Translations under genes and position numbers: made by a program | NCBI GenBank assembly: GCA_048013815.1 | Contig: CM106585.1 | Coordinates: 6,138,001 to 6,202,000, forward strand | Source: Setoptus koraiensis | Taxonomy: Eukaryota; Animalia; Arthropoda | Reading direction: 5' to 3' | DNA: 64,000 nt | Shown here: positions 11,292 through 23,622 of the stretch, in pieces | How positions within the stretch are numbered: the first letter of the stretch is position 1 | How the letters are laid out: each line of letters starts with the position of its first letter | The notes under the pieces: generated by a model | Databases searched by the model: none | What the model saw: the letters and a program-made list of their open reading frames with translations, nothing else | What the model was told of the DNA's origin: nothing

Positions 11292-13243
11292 GTTAATAAT
11301 GGTTCGCAATGTATAGAGATTTAATTGGTTTGTCCGTGTGTGTGTGTGTCCGTATCCGAATGTTATCCTTTGAATTCCCTTCCTTTACCTCGGATGTGTA
11401 TATATATATAAATATATATATATTGATAGATAAAGATATATGTATGTTTATATATATATGTATATATATATAAATATATATATAGATAAATGTGTCTAGG
11501 TATATAAATGAATGGTATTGTGTTAATGTAGAAATGCAAGATAATAATAATGATAAATGGTATAATAGTAATAATAATAATAACAATATTTGATACCAAT
11601 AATAATATTGGAGAATTCTAATAATTATACAAACAGTTCAAAACAGGCTATAGACGGAATCATCTGATGTTGTGCCGAAGAAAAGAAATTGCTGGTGCCT
11701 GTGCGCACACAGACGTGGCATGTTTGTGCTTGCTGTGCGTCTCTCTGCCCTGTCTAACAAGCAACTGCCCAGGCTATAAAACACATTGCGCTGCACACGG
11801 GCACAGAACGTTCATCTCGATTGAGTGAGCCTAACATATTAGCAGTGAGTGTGTGCATTCAGGATTGTTGAGTGAATTCGGTTCAATTTTCGCAGCAACA
11901 CGATCTGTGCCAATGTTAATGTTTTGAGAGTGCACTGCAACAGTCAGCAGCCATGCATAAACAGTGCAAAGTGAGCCAGTTGCTTGCTACACCCTGCAGG
12001 CTCCACCGTGGAATTGAAACGAGTAGCTTGGAACACCCCTCACATAAAGCAGGCTGCTATTGATCCCGTTGTGACTGTGTGTGATGCGCTCCATGTTGCC
12101 ACCAATGTTGTGTATATGGGCTGCACTGCAGCCGCTGCAAGCTGCGCCACACACACACACACACACGCACAAGCTGCTGCAAACTGCAGTGCTGTTGGCA
12201 CTTTGACAACGAAAGCTGCTGCAGCCCTCACTGTTGTGTGCTTGTGTGACGATAGGGTGGGAAGAGCGAGTGTTCAGCGGGTGCTTTTGTACCGGGCCTG
12301 GCTTCCACAGTTCGTCGCGATGAGTGAAGCACACGGTCCAGTCGCTGGGGTGTTGTGTGCAAAACGACGCGCTATAAAACACTCTGCCCGACTTCTGGCG
12401 CATAGTGCCTTTGTCGGTTATCCAGCAAACCGATGCACCGCTCGAGCCAGCGCAGCCTAAACAGTTCAAATTCTCACTTTGAAATGCGACACCCAGTAGG
12501 TAAACTCACACTGCGCTCTAGCTCCATCAGCATTGGACTAACTGGACAAGATGTTCGCTTACACACACACACACAAACAAACAAACGGCACACACTGACA
12601 AACGTTGAACAATCTGTGCTTTTGTGCAGCGCAATTTATCTCGCGAGCCTCGAGGTGCAACTTGCAAGTTTGCTCTCGCGAGTCGCGACGCCCTCTACAC
12701 GGTGCTGCTGCAGCAGTGCTGCATGCTCAATTCGCGATGCACTATGCACCGCTCTTGGGTGTTCACGGCGGCACAGATCGTGCATCGGCACAAAGGGTGC
12801 AGCGTCGGACCCCACTGCATCAACGAATCAACGCGCACCATACAGGCCTGGACGAAGTGCGCATGACAAGACTAACTGTAATTGTGGCGCGCCCTATATT
12901 TGCACCAGAAAAAATACCACATGTACTTTTTTATTGATGAACTATTGGCCCGTAAAGTGAATGCACAGTCTTTCAAAAACCGATCATTTTTGCTGCTTTG
13001 TCCGATAGAGGGCCCCCATCTGTCAATAGCAGCGCAAGCACCGCAACAGCAAAAACCCGAGTCACATGTGACGAATTTGGGCGGATTTCCAGAATCATTT
13101 TCTGTCCCTGCTAAAAGCATTCGGTAGAAGAAGGAAAAAACTAGCCGTCGTCGCCAAAACAATTTCAACCAAACTCTTACAACTGATGGCATCATTCAGA
13201 TTGTCATAATGAGATAGAGATCGGAAAAACTCATCACTCAATC

Positions 13244-13951
13244 ATGACTGACAAGGCTGCCACTGGATTCAGTTCTGGCATGGACGAGCCCACAGAAAAT
13301 TTGTTTCTCAAGAACGGATAAAAGGTTGTCACTACAGATATCAGGCAGGAAAAATTGGACAAGTTGTGGCAAGCTGTAAAGGGTCATACCTCAAGGGATT
13401 TGAACCGTTGGCTCTTGTGCCGACTTTCGTCGACCTGATAATGTTGAAATTATTATGGAGAAGACCTTGGAGAAATTCGCCCAACTAGAAGTTTTTGTAA
13501 ACAATGCTGGAACATCCGTTAGACCCTTTGACCAAGATCTAAAGGATAGCTATGACGCGAGTCGTGAAACCATGTCGATCAATTTGGATTCGAAAGCAAA
13601 ATTGACACTGACTGGGTGGAACACCTGAAGAAGACTGAGAGCGATGTCGTCAATGTGTCCAGTGTTGGTTGCATGAAACCTTCAGACGTACCCTATGCTC
13701 ATTGTACTCCGAAAGCTGGCATGACAATACTTTCCGAGTGTTTGGCCATTCTATTAACGCCAGATGTTAGAGTTAACGCAGTGTTACCAAGACCCGTGGC
13801 GACACCATTAGTTAACAATGTTGGAATAAATGGGGGCATGTTTCGCAAATTAGCTGGAGGAACCTGTCTTGTCGGTCGCATGGGCGAGTCTGACTAGATA
13901 GCCAAAGCAATAGCATATTTAGCTTCGGACGACTGCTCTACCATAAAGTGA
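13244..13951 (+). pseudogene. Classical short-chain dehydrogenase/reductase (SDR, FabG-like) pseudogene
   Basis: Colinear SDR motifs TGFSSGMD (TGxxxGxG), ADF, VFVNNAG, VVNVSS, HCTPK (YxxxK position), VRVNAVLP, GRMGE, IAKAIAYLAS. In-frame TAA at 13319-13321, TAG at 13895-13897, and at least two frameshifts (near 13400 and 13615). Confidence 0.88.
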
Positions 13952-14019
13952 AAGCAACAGTTGTGATTATAATGTAATAATTATTTATAAGATGTGATTA
14001 ATATAAACAGGAAAGTTAT

Positions 14020-14290
14020 GTCAAGGTGGTCAAGATCAAGCATACAGAACGTCGTCACTCATCTTACAACATTACGGATATGATGCAAACATAGAGAAAT
14101 CTCGGACCTGAAGAATGCACAGTGTAGGGGCCATATACAATTGTGATATTGGTGATAAACGTTGGTCTTTCAAGAAATGTCCAAAGGAATTCCATAAATC
14201 TTTTGGCAACCTGAAACTGTTGTGGAGACAGATACACAGTCCGCTCATAACGCAAATCTGAACCAAGTTGAGGCAATTCAGTGTTTGAAA
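14020..14290 (+). pseudogene. Possible small beta'-COP-like relic (middle region), weak
   Basis: KVVKIKHTE (KIIWAKHSE), RNLGPEE (KDMGSCE) and HKSFGNLKLLW (NKSFGSAQEFAW) occur in plausible order across frames; the matches are short and could be chance. Confidence 0.25.
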
Positions 14291-14436
14291 GTTCTTGAAA
14301 AACTATCGTTCTAAGTGGTATTATTACTATGTAGTTTATCTGTTTATGTTTATTTTCTAGTATATCAAGGCAAAATTGTGTTAAGGTGTAAAAATCATAT
14401 AATTATATCATAAATTGCACAACTACTACGAGAAGG

Positions 14437-15792
14437 TCAATGGCCAGTCTTCCTCGTCGAGTTTTTGTAAGGTTTCGAGCCAGCTATGTCATTGTCTGCG
14501 GACTCATCATGCAAATACTGTGCCAACCAGTTAGGATTAGTGTCATCCAGAACGGTCATAATTTTTTCGGATATGAATGTGGCCACAAGGTCCGAGCGCA
14601 ACACATCTATGTGATCTAAAATTTCAAACTTATGAGTATAAACGGGCTGACTTTGATCCTTGATCCATCGGGTACATGAGGACAAACTCTCTATGTTAAC
14701 CGTCCCGTCACCGTCGCCATCTATCTCCTCGTAACTATCACTTGTGATATTTCCATTGAATACCAATTGACTAGGTGTTGGTACACCACTGCTGTAGAGG
14801 CACCAGAGCTCGACTTTGGGGGCAGTCAAATTCTGCAGTATTACTTTAGTGTCGTTCCACATGGCATGCTGAGGATGAAACTGTTTATCTATGAAAAATT
14901 CATCAAAGTTAGCCAAAGTGTAATTCTTGTCCTTAGTCTGAACAAGGACCCTGTCTTTGGAGAACACTGGCTCTATGGGGAAAAGATAAGGCAGGCTCGG
15001 AAAAGAGCTTTGCAAGTCTCGCAATAATGATGATTTTAGTAGATAAATTCCTAGATTGTCACCGAACAGCATGGCACTGATAGCTTTAAACGAACCACTC
15101 CATGGAGCTGCTATACTTATGAGACGCCTGACATGGGTATCTTTCCAGTCTTGATCCATTTTATTGAGGAGATGAACTGAATTCAAACAACCCATGGAGT
15201 GGCAAATAAGTGTGACTCGTCGACAACCGTTTTCGATATAAGCTGTTTCAATCAAATTTGTCAAATTCAAAAAATACTCATCCATTTCGTTTGGGGCTTT
15301 CCTGAAGTCATAACCCGCCCCAACCATATCTATATTTCTTCTATAGCCATTTGCACTAACCAATTTATCTATGATGGCGGAGAAATATTGCGTCTTAGGC
15401 AGTTTGTAAATATCTAAATAATCCACACTGTCAATGGAACCAAACGAAGTTGCTCTTATTTGTACTCCCGGCGAGTTATAAGTCTTGCGATCAGTGAAAT
15501 TATAATGAAGTTCCATATTGTCGACGAAGCAGTCTATAGCGACAGGAACTAACAAATGAACATTCAGCCATAGATCGAACCAGTCCGACTTTAGGTCACA
15601 AAGATAGTGAATTCTATCTGGCTTATCTAGCTTAGCCTCTAACTGTGTCCCTCCATCACCTGGAATAAAAACTATTGGACTTTTAGGTGCAAATGTTGAT
15701 GTTTGGTTCAAATCTCCATTTGTTCTTGCGATGCCATTTGTTGCTTGGAATAGAAGAATTAAGGATAGTAATGACCCGATGAGAGCCATCAC
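14437..15792 (-). CDS. PLA2G15: Group XV lysosomal phospholipase A2 / LCAT-family acyltransferase, 451 aa, single exon, signal peptide
   Basis: Hydrophobic N-terminus; SPIVFIPGDGGTQLEAKLDKP; WFDLWLN; GAGYDFRKAP; nucleophile ICHSMG; DGDGTVN (catalytic Asp); DHIDVL (catalytic His). Confidence 0.93.
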   Translation of the reverse strand: MMALIGSLLSLILLFQATNGIARTNGDLNQTSTFAPKSPIVFIPGDGGTQLEAKLDKPDRIHYLCDLKSDWFDLWLNVHLLVPVAIDCFVDNMELHYNFTDRKTYNSPGVQIRATSFGSIDSVDYLDIYKLPKTQYFSAIIDKLVSANGYRRNIDMVGAGYDFRKAPNEMDEYFLNLTNLIETAYIENGCRRVTLICHSMGCLNSVHLLNKMDQDWKDTHVRRLISIAAPWSGSFKAISAMLFGDNLGIYLLKSSLLRDLQSSFPSLPYLFPIEPVFSKDRVLVQTKDKNYTLANFDEFFIDKQFHPQHAMWNDTKVILQNLTAPKVELWCLYSSGVPTPSQLVFNGNITSDSYEEIDGDGDGTVNIESLSSCTRWIKDQSQPVYTHKFEILDHIDVLRSDLVATFISEKIMTVLDDTNPNWLAQYLHDESADNDIAGSKPYKNSTRKTGH

Positions 15793-16189
15793 TAAGCAAT
15801 TCTACAAGCGTCTATAACCTCAATTTGATGTTTTTGAGACAGAAATTGGATCTAGTCCGATTAATCCTTGCAAAATAAGTGGTTGCGAGTGATTATATTG
15901 ACACAACACTAAAGACGATGTCTTGTTTTGTGCTGCAAAGGCTAAATTTATACTCTAGCCATTACAACAGTGTGTTATCTTGTTGTTTTCTTTGTGATAT
16001 CGCACAATTTAGATCGTGCGTCCATATTGAGCGATAAGATAAATAGATAATGTTGATCGCGAAGAACTCTTGTGAGAACAAGCTCCCTAATTAACTTACT
16101 CCTGACAACAGTCTACAAGGAAACTTGCGATTTTAAATGATATATCATTTAATTAGATTCAAAGTAGTTACCCTGCCTCCAACTGAATC

Positions 16190-17665
16190 AGTGTCCATTG
16201 TTGTCAATTAACGATAAGGATCCACACCCAATGCACTTTTAAATGAAATCGATGTCGTGATTGTTGTTATCAGTCGATGAAGATCTAACAATCCAAACGT
16301 GTGTCAACATCCGGATGATTCTACCCGACTATTCCTCGTTTCTGTGTCGTTGCGGTGGTGCTCTCAAGTTTTGGTAATCTAGATACCGGCCAGGGCAGAG
16401 GTTCCAGAGATATCCTCAATCGTGGCAGTTTTTTGTAAATGACTTTTCTTCCGACTTGATACCTGATGAATGTAGATGTAAATTTAGTTACATTTGTGCA
16501 ACGAGCGCCTCTAGTGACAATTCCAAGAAATATTTCCATCACGAGTCAAGAAGGTGACATTCAGTGTCAGGTGCGACATGGGATTACGGGCAAATGTTTT
16601 TATCCGATCTTTGTGTATTTATAATCTCAAAGTCAGGTAACATCACCGTCTGTTGAACTTGTCATAATTGAATGTTCATATTCAGACATGTATTGAATTA
16701 TTTTCACCAATTCATTATTATTTTCATGATACAACGAGACTGTAATCGACTATCGAGAGTATTTAAGAGCAGACAGTTGAAAACGACATCCATAAAGATC
16801 AAAATATTACCTATGATTGGGGCCGCACGGTCAAGAATTGTCGAAACACCCGCCATTTTGTGACGACGTTCAAAAATAGGGATAGGATTTTCAAGCAATA
16901 AACAAGCAACTGCCCATGAAGAGAATGCAACAGTTCTGGTCATTATGTAATAATTGTTCGTTGGATGCAAACATAAACTGGTTCAATATTAATAGGAAAG
17001 AAAGTTGTGTCAGGGCGGTCAGAATGGAGCTTACGTGATTGTTCACCACCGAGCAACTCGATATAACGGACACAATGGACCATTTGGTGACTCAGGAACA
17101 GGATCCCCGAGGAGAGAGAACAATATTGTTTTCCAGGCTTGAGGATCTGGCATCGTCCAATCTAGCGTTCGGCCTCTTCTGGTTGGACTCGGCTGAAGAT
17201 GCAACTTGATTGGCGCGGTATCTCACAATTCGCAATAAAGAAGCCGAGTATCACCTGAATGGGAATTTGCCGACTGTAAAATGTTCCAAAGGGATCGGAG
17301 ATGGGACTGGACCAATCCGCGAGCCAGTGCGAAACAAAAAGATGCTCTGTAACTGTAAATTCAGATTAGTGACTGTCAATTTTTGTGCAAGGAAACAAAA
17401 CAGAACAATGCAGACCCGGTAGGACTGGCACCGTCAGCTATGTTGGCAACGTTTGAGCAATGTGAGAAGGCGGCAAAAAATGAGCTCAACATAGCCGGCT
17501 ATGGATGTACTAGTGAGTTTGAGGAAAATTGTTGAAACGAATTCTTGCAGTGAAATTGGCCGCTTGAGAGACAAAGTTTTCTCTTTTGGTTCGCGTGATG
17601 GCCAGATTTGATTTTGCGAGAATAGAGAGAGCAAAAAATCTTAAGCTCAGTATTTTGGAATTAAC
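16190..17665 (+). pseudogene. Decayed beta'-COP (COPB2/Sec27)-like relic, copy 2 (propeller plus solenoid parts)
   Basis: Frameshifted, stop-riddled but colinear motifs: LLSVDEDLTIQ (16264; ILTSSDDMLIK), HPDDSTRLF (NPKDNNQF), WDY.GKC (16579; WDYQNKTC), ITYDW (16812; AFYDW), WSLRDC (LWVGDC), PEWEF (17254; PEHRF), ISDCQF...NNADPVGL (17365; ISKCQF...HAQDYGGL), QSFL (AAFL). Reference recalled from memory. Confidence 0.6.
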
Positions 17666-20600
17666 TGACTTGTTTCATGCCAGAGCGTCTTATCGATTAT
17701 CCGTGTCAAATGGTAGGTTAGCCGGGGAAAGAGCCGTGATGGCGTGGATTGGCCGAAGTGTGTGTTGGACATAGAGACATTGCATTGTGGATTATCTTTG
17801 CACTAATGACGACGACGATTCTGGCTGTGGCCGCGGCTTCTTTGCAGGGCTATTAATTTCTGGCCACTTGGCCGCTTCAACAACTTGAGCCTCGATGGCC
17901 CGATGGCTGAAACGGCGAGCGGTGCAAATGAGCGTCAGCGATGAATCACACTAACATGTAATCGTCGCTGTCGTCATTCGATTGCGTCATGAGCGAGCCG
18001 TGGCGAGACCTCGGGGAGGAGATGAAAAGATATGGAGGTCACGATAGAGACGTCTTAATTAGTGACGGCCTTTGCGGCTTGATTTCGAGAGGCATCGAGA
18101 CGGAGCGGCGGCCCAACAACGACCAGCCCGGCCCGGCCAGGTCCGACGTTGCAAGTGTGCCTAGCCGGGCCGGACAGGACCGGGCACACTGGCAATGTCG
18201 GCGGCATTGGCGTTGAAAGATTTGTATTTATCAATTTGGCGTGCCGTGCCGGTGTTGTTGTTGCTGCTGTTGGCGTTGTTGTTGCCGTTGTTGTTGTTGT
18301 TGGCACTGGAGCCCGATGGCCGACAAGGTTGTTTGTTGTCGTTGTTGCAGCCACCTCGTCGGCTGTTACAAATTAGAATATGGCAACAAGAATAACGACA
18401 CGGCGCATTATCTTGCGTGCTCAAGTCTTTTCTCACGCCCGTCACTTGACTCGGCGCATCTCGCTGCCATATGTTGCAACCATATTATAGCCATAGCTGA
18501 CTCGTTTACGTAATAACAGACTGGACACGATTACCTGTATGTAGCGGTATGTGGGGGTATGTGTTGCATCGGCGTTGTCGTTGGTTGTTGAGTATGGTGC
18601 ATGGTGCGGCGTTAAAAGCAAAAGTTGGCCAACATTCTGTCGGCAGCAAGTTGCCCAGAATTAGTCCAATAGGTTAGCCTGTCCGCTAGCTAGCTTAGCC
18701 ATGCCCGACAGCCACACATTGACCATCCGGCACGATTCATCCGGCCATTATGTAATATATATAACGGGCCTAAATTAATGGCTGATTATGCTCATGAAGA
18801 AAGGCCACTGCGCAATCAGTGGCGTGATTGGTATCAATAATAATCAAATGAAGCCAATGAGGCTCATCATCCAAATTGATTAGCCTATTTCCGACGCCGC
18901 AACACGCCAGCGCCGATAGATCGGTAGATGTAATACACCGATGCATACCGATGTATACCGATACATACCAATGTGTACCGGCGACCACGATAACGCACCG
19001 TCTTGCGCCGTCTGCCGTGTTGTAACTTGTGCCCGTCGTCGTCGTCGTCGTCGGTTGCGTTTAGTTACGTAATACACACATACGTAACTCACATAAATAA
19101 TGAGTAAGACGATGGGTAGGCCGACTGAATGTGCATCCAGAGATGCAGCGATAACAAATGCAGCGGATCAGTATGAACGGTCGCATCGGGTCGTTTGCGA
19201 TGATCAATCTTTATTTACACACAACGTTAAGTGCATTATTACATCATCGGATAATCAGCGCCGTTTCTGGCCCACGACAACAAACATGCTGCTGCTCTCA
19301 GTGAAATAGATCAAAACAGTCAGACCGTTATATTCGGGCGACCATCAATGATGGGATGATGATTATTATTTTTTATCCCCACGGTAATTATAACGGTTAT
19401 TATAACAGTTGTTTTTGCAAACAACGCTTGCAACAACAGCAGCAAGCAGAAAGCAACAACAACAGCAACAGCAACAGCAACAACAACAATAACGGCGACG
19501 ACGACGAGCAACAACAACAAACAACAACAACGAAACAAGCGCATCATTATAGCGGTCAAGAGGGCAGTTGTTGTTTATTATTATTATCCAATTGGTTGCG
19601 TAAGACCACCCACAAGCAGCACACACACACATTATCAATTTATTGGATGATCTATTTACAACAACAACTCGGCCCATCGTAATCTCAGTGAATTTTTGCC
19701 AGTAATTTGCCGGAGTGATTGCTGAGAAATTTGAACAATATTACAACTGCACTACAATGTTGACGGCTGCTGCTGCTTTGCGATAATCATCGTCGTGAGT
19801 GTTGCAACCTCATATGTGTATATGAGGCCGCCATTATCATCCTTTATGTGTATCGCCATAAACAAATGTTGGCGCAAACAAGAAAAAAATACATAATAAT
19901 AGATGGCAAAAGAATGGACAAGAATGGAGCGTAATAGAATAAAAGACGGATGATTGATTGATTCTTTACAAGTGTGAATGAATTACTACTACCGCCGTTG
20001 GTGTTAACTTTTTTCGTTTAGCCAGCCAGTCAGCCGGTCAGCCAGACTGACTGGCTAAACGTTAGTTTGGTTATTGTAACTTTTGTTGTTGCTGTTGCAA
20101 CAATAATAACAGAAACACCAATTGTCGCCGTTATCGTTTTATCATACAAACAATAATAACTATGATGATCGATGAGTCCGCAAATCTCGAGCTTTCACTG
20201 TCTCGAGTGCAACAGGTATCATCAAGGTGAAAGAAAGAAAACTCTGCGAAGAAAGTGCTTCATTTTCGCCACTCTAATTATATTTAATTGATCACCTCAT
20301 TGATACATGCTCTTTATTTTTTGCATTTATTCTTTTTTCGTTCGTTCGTTCGTTGCTACTTGCAACTTGGCAAACAAACAAAGCCAACAATGCAAGCTCG
20401 TCGGCATTCAACAACGAGGCGCAATTCGTCAGCATTCAATTGTCGCAATTGAATACTCGCAAATGTTACTTATTATTATAACTGTTTCTTGTTTTTTGCA
20501 CTCCATTCATCGCCAGACCTAATGAGCATGTTCTAAATTTGCAATTTCGCAAATTTCTCGCAATTTTTCAATTGCAGCCCAACGGGTCTGGGCACTTGGC

Positions 20601-21049
20601 GATTCTTGGAAGCGGCCGATGACACATGTCCGATTGCAATCGGTTATTCACACTTGCTCGCATTCGCGTATGGATACTGCGAATCTATTCAGTTAGCTTG
20701 GTCAACTTATCAACTGGACCTAACCGATTAGCCTCTGCTCGGTCTGATTGGCTCGTCGGGCGGCGGTGGCGACGATCAAAATGATGAAATCAGGCGAAAG
20801 AGGGAAATTGTATCGAGTAATGCGATACTATTCGCATTATATGCGAGCATACAAAATGCTACTTGCATCGGGGCGCTTATCGCATCTGAGCGCTTATCAA
20901 TGAACGACGATGACATCTATCAGGAAATATACAGATATACATATAATAATAATCTGATTGCTTCTCACACACGCCGACTGATTGCGTAAGTGCATTTGAC
21001 AGCGCCAAGTACCGGTATTAATAGAGCTGGCGAGTGCCAGAGTTATTCT

Positions 21050-21143
21050 CAATATATTCGCGATATACTCGCAATATATTCGCGATATACTCGCAATATA
21101 TTCGCGATATATTCGCGATACATTCGCAATATATTCGCGATAT
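21050..21143. repeat. AT/CG minisatellite, 22-bp period (aatatattcgcgatatactcgc)
   Basis: Direct reading; about 4 units built from two related 11-mers. Confidence 0.85.
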
Positions 21144-23280
21144 GCAGTAATATACAGTAATATGGAGAACATACTGTGATTATCATGATGTCTTGCTCTG
21201 AAGCGATTGTGTGCCCGTTTCTCGCCGAAACGGCCGCCCGACAAGCCTCGTTCCATGCGCATACGGCCGGTTGTCACAATGAGACGGCATGCGCATTTTT
21301 ATATACATTTTTATATGACCGTTATGTTTTTATATGCCCGCTCAAGTGTTGGCTTTGATTTTATTTGTTTCCGAGACAAGACAATTCAATAGATGGGCCG
21401 GTGCGAGCCGAAGACAAGAGACGATTGTCGTGTTTATTCGCCTGATTTATTGTGCCTGTGAATAAATGGCCTGTGAGCGCTCAAACTGACAACTGACTTT
21501 CCAAAACAAAGTCTCTCTCTCTCTCTCTCTCGCTCTCTCGTCGAGAGACTCTCGAAGCTTCACAAAGTCCGGCACCGCTCACGAGAGCGAGAGAGAGCAA
21601 CTTTATCTTGGCGAGATAATGAATATCAGCACACAATATTTGTTGCATACATAACGATAAGTGAATAATAAAAACAACATTAAGTCACCTGTGCAGCCAA
21701 TAGCGACCCGACAGAGAGGAACTGTCCGCATAATTGATTGTCACGCCGTTTGATGGGTGACGGACGAGCGACCAAAATGAGTCGCACACTTTCTCGGCTT
21801 GATTGACAACCGTAAAGTGTCTCTCTCGGGATCTGTCGCTGCGAGTCGCTGGCTGCGAGTCTCTCGGAAGTATCATAACTTCGTTGCTGTTGCATGATGA
21901 GATTATTATCTCGCTGATTCGATTCGGTGCATTCACTGCGAATTGTTTCGTCTCGTATCGTTTCGTTTTTGCTCGGCTCGGCTCGAATCGACTCGAATCG
22001 ACTCGAATCCGGTCGGCGTTTCGTTGCGTCGCAACCTGATAAATTGATAGCGCCGGCGTTTGCTCATTAGAATCATCATCGTTTCCAGTTTCGGGCGGGC
22101 CGACGAGCGCGCAACTGGCAAAAGTTGGTCACCGGCGAGCGTCAACTTTGTCGCTGTTGTCGCTGTCGTCGCTGTTGCCGGCGCCGCCGAGCCGCCGAGC
22201 CGCCGAGTTGTCGAGCCGCCGAGCCGCGGAATTGTCGAGCGGCTTTCCGCACACCGAACACCGACGGCATGCGGATATCGCCGAGGCGGTTGTTGTTATC
22301 CGTTTGTGGCGGCTGTTGCAACAGTTTAACCATTGTTCTCGCCAGTCGCAACGCAATTTATCGACACTTTGCGACAACAACAAAAAGCAACAGGTAAATT
22401 GCGGTCGGTGCAAGCTTGTTGCTCGCTGCCAATGCGGCCAATATCATAACACTGATCCCTTGTGATCACAGTTTGATCATCAAACACTGTCGACGTCGGT
22501 CTGGCTTGGTGCACCGCTGCACAACACAATGCCGGCTCGTGAGCCTGGCTCGACAACCCTTGGCACCGGTGCACCAGATCGGATGCCACTCTGATCTTGG
22601 GACACACTGATCGATGCAGGCTGCAAGGTGCCACTGGCATCATGCGAGCTGCCGAGTGCAAGCTGCCTGATGCGAGCTGCAGGGTGCGAGCTGCCTGATG
22701 CGAGGTGTAGGGTGCAAGGTGCAAGGCGAAAGGGATGCGAGGTGCAGAGCGCAAAGTGAAGGGTGCAAGATTATGTAATAGCAGTGAGTGTGGATGGTGG
22801 AAAAAATGTGTCGCCTTGTCGCTTTAGCGGCTCACACGCAGCAGTGTGTTTAGCTGTTGATTGGCTCGAATCGCTTGTCAAGTGCCAATTAAGCGTGCCC
22901 AACACAACAGGTGAAAAAAGAGACACACAATTTTGACAGCTGCGAATCAAATCGAAGCGCCAGCAACTTGGGCACAGTTACACTGTGCTCTCGGCAACCG
23001 TCATCTCGGCAACCGTCATCTCGGCAAGTGTCAGCTGCGCAACTGTCATCTCGGCAAGTGTCAGCTGGGCTGCGTCAGCTGGCTGTCAGTTTGCCTGTGT
23101 CAGCTGGCCGCGTCTCAATTTGACAACTTGAGCCACAGCATGACTCATGTAACACGGCTCATGTGACATGAGTCACGTTACGCAAGACACACAGCTCGAG
23201 TGGCCAGTGTTTGCAGTGCACGGTTGTTGTCATGTCGGATATTATTACTGTATTATTGTCATTACGTCACTGCGACCACG

Positions 23281-23371
23281 CCAACTGTCACTGCGACTAG
23301 CCAACTGTCACTGCGACTAGCCAACTGTCACTGCGACCAGCCAACTGTCACTGCGACCAGCCAACTGTCAC
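23281..23371. repeat. 20-bp minisatellite (ccaactgtcactgcgacYag) x4.5
   Basis: Direct reading. Confidence 0.9.
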
Positions 23372-23550
23372 AAGTGCACACACATTAGCGAGCGAGGTGG
23401 CGCCACCTCACTCGCTAATGTTGGTTGTTGGTAGTTTGGCGCTGCGCCACTTGTCCGACACAAGTCGGCTGCAATTAGCAAACGGGCAGTGGTCACTCTG
23501 ATTATCAGAGTCTGGCACAAGCGTGAGTGATATACGAGCGGCCACGCCGG

Positions 23551-23622
23551 TGAGATATGCGACGACGGTGAGATATGCGACGCCGATGAGATATGCGACG
23601 CCGATGAGATATGTGACGCCGA
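23551..23622. repeat. 18-bp minisatellite (tgagatatgcgacgccga) x4
   Basis: Direct reading. Confidence 0.9.

Noticed and set aside
12380-12850. Tyrosine-phosphatase-like words NTLPDFWRIV and HCINESTRT (CX5R)
   Set aside because: Spacing does not fit a PTP domain, the first frame has flanking stops, and other PTP motifs are absent; treated as chance.
16870-16895. miR-137-like sequence (ttattgcttgaaaat, minus strand)
   Set aside because: Partial match only, no hairpin partner, and it lies inside the COP-like relic.
16190-17665. Retrotransposon or endogenous viral relic
   Set aside because: No RT (YxDD), integrase, transposase or RdRp motifs found; WD40/solenoid motifs fit better.
23281-23622. 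CRISPR-like array
   Set aside because: Head-to-tail units with no unique spacers, eukaryotic context, no cas genes.
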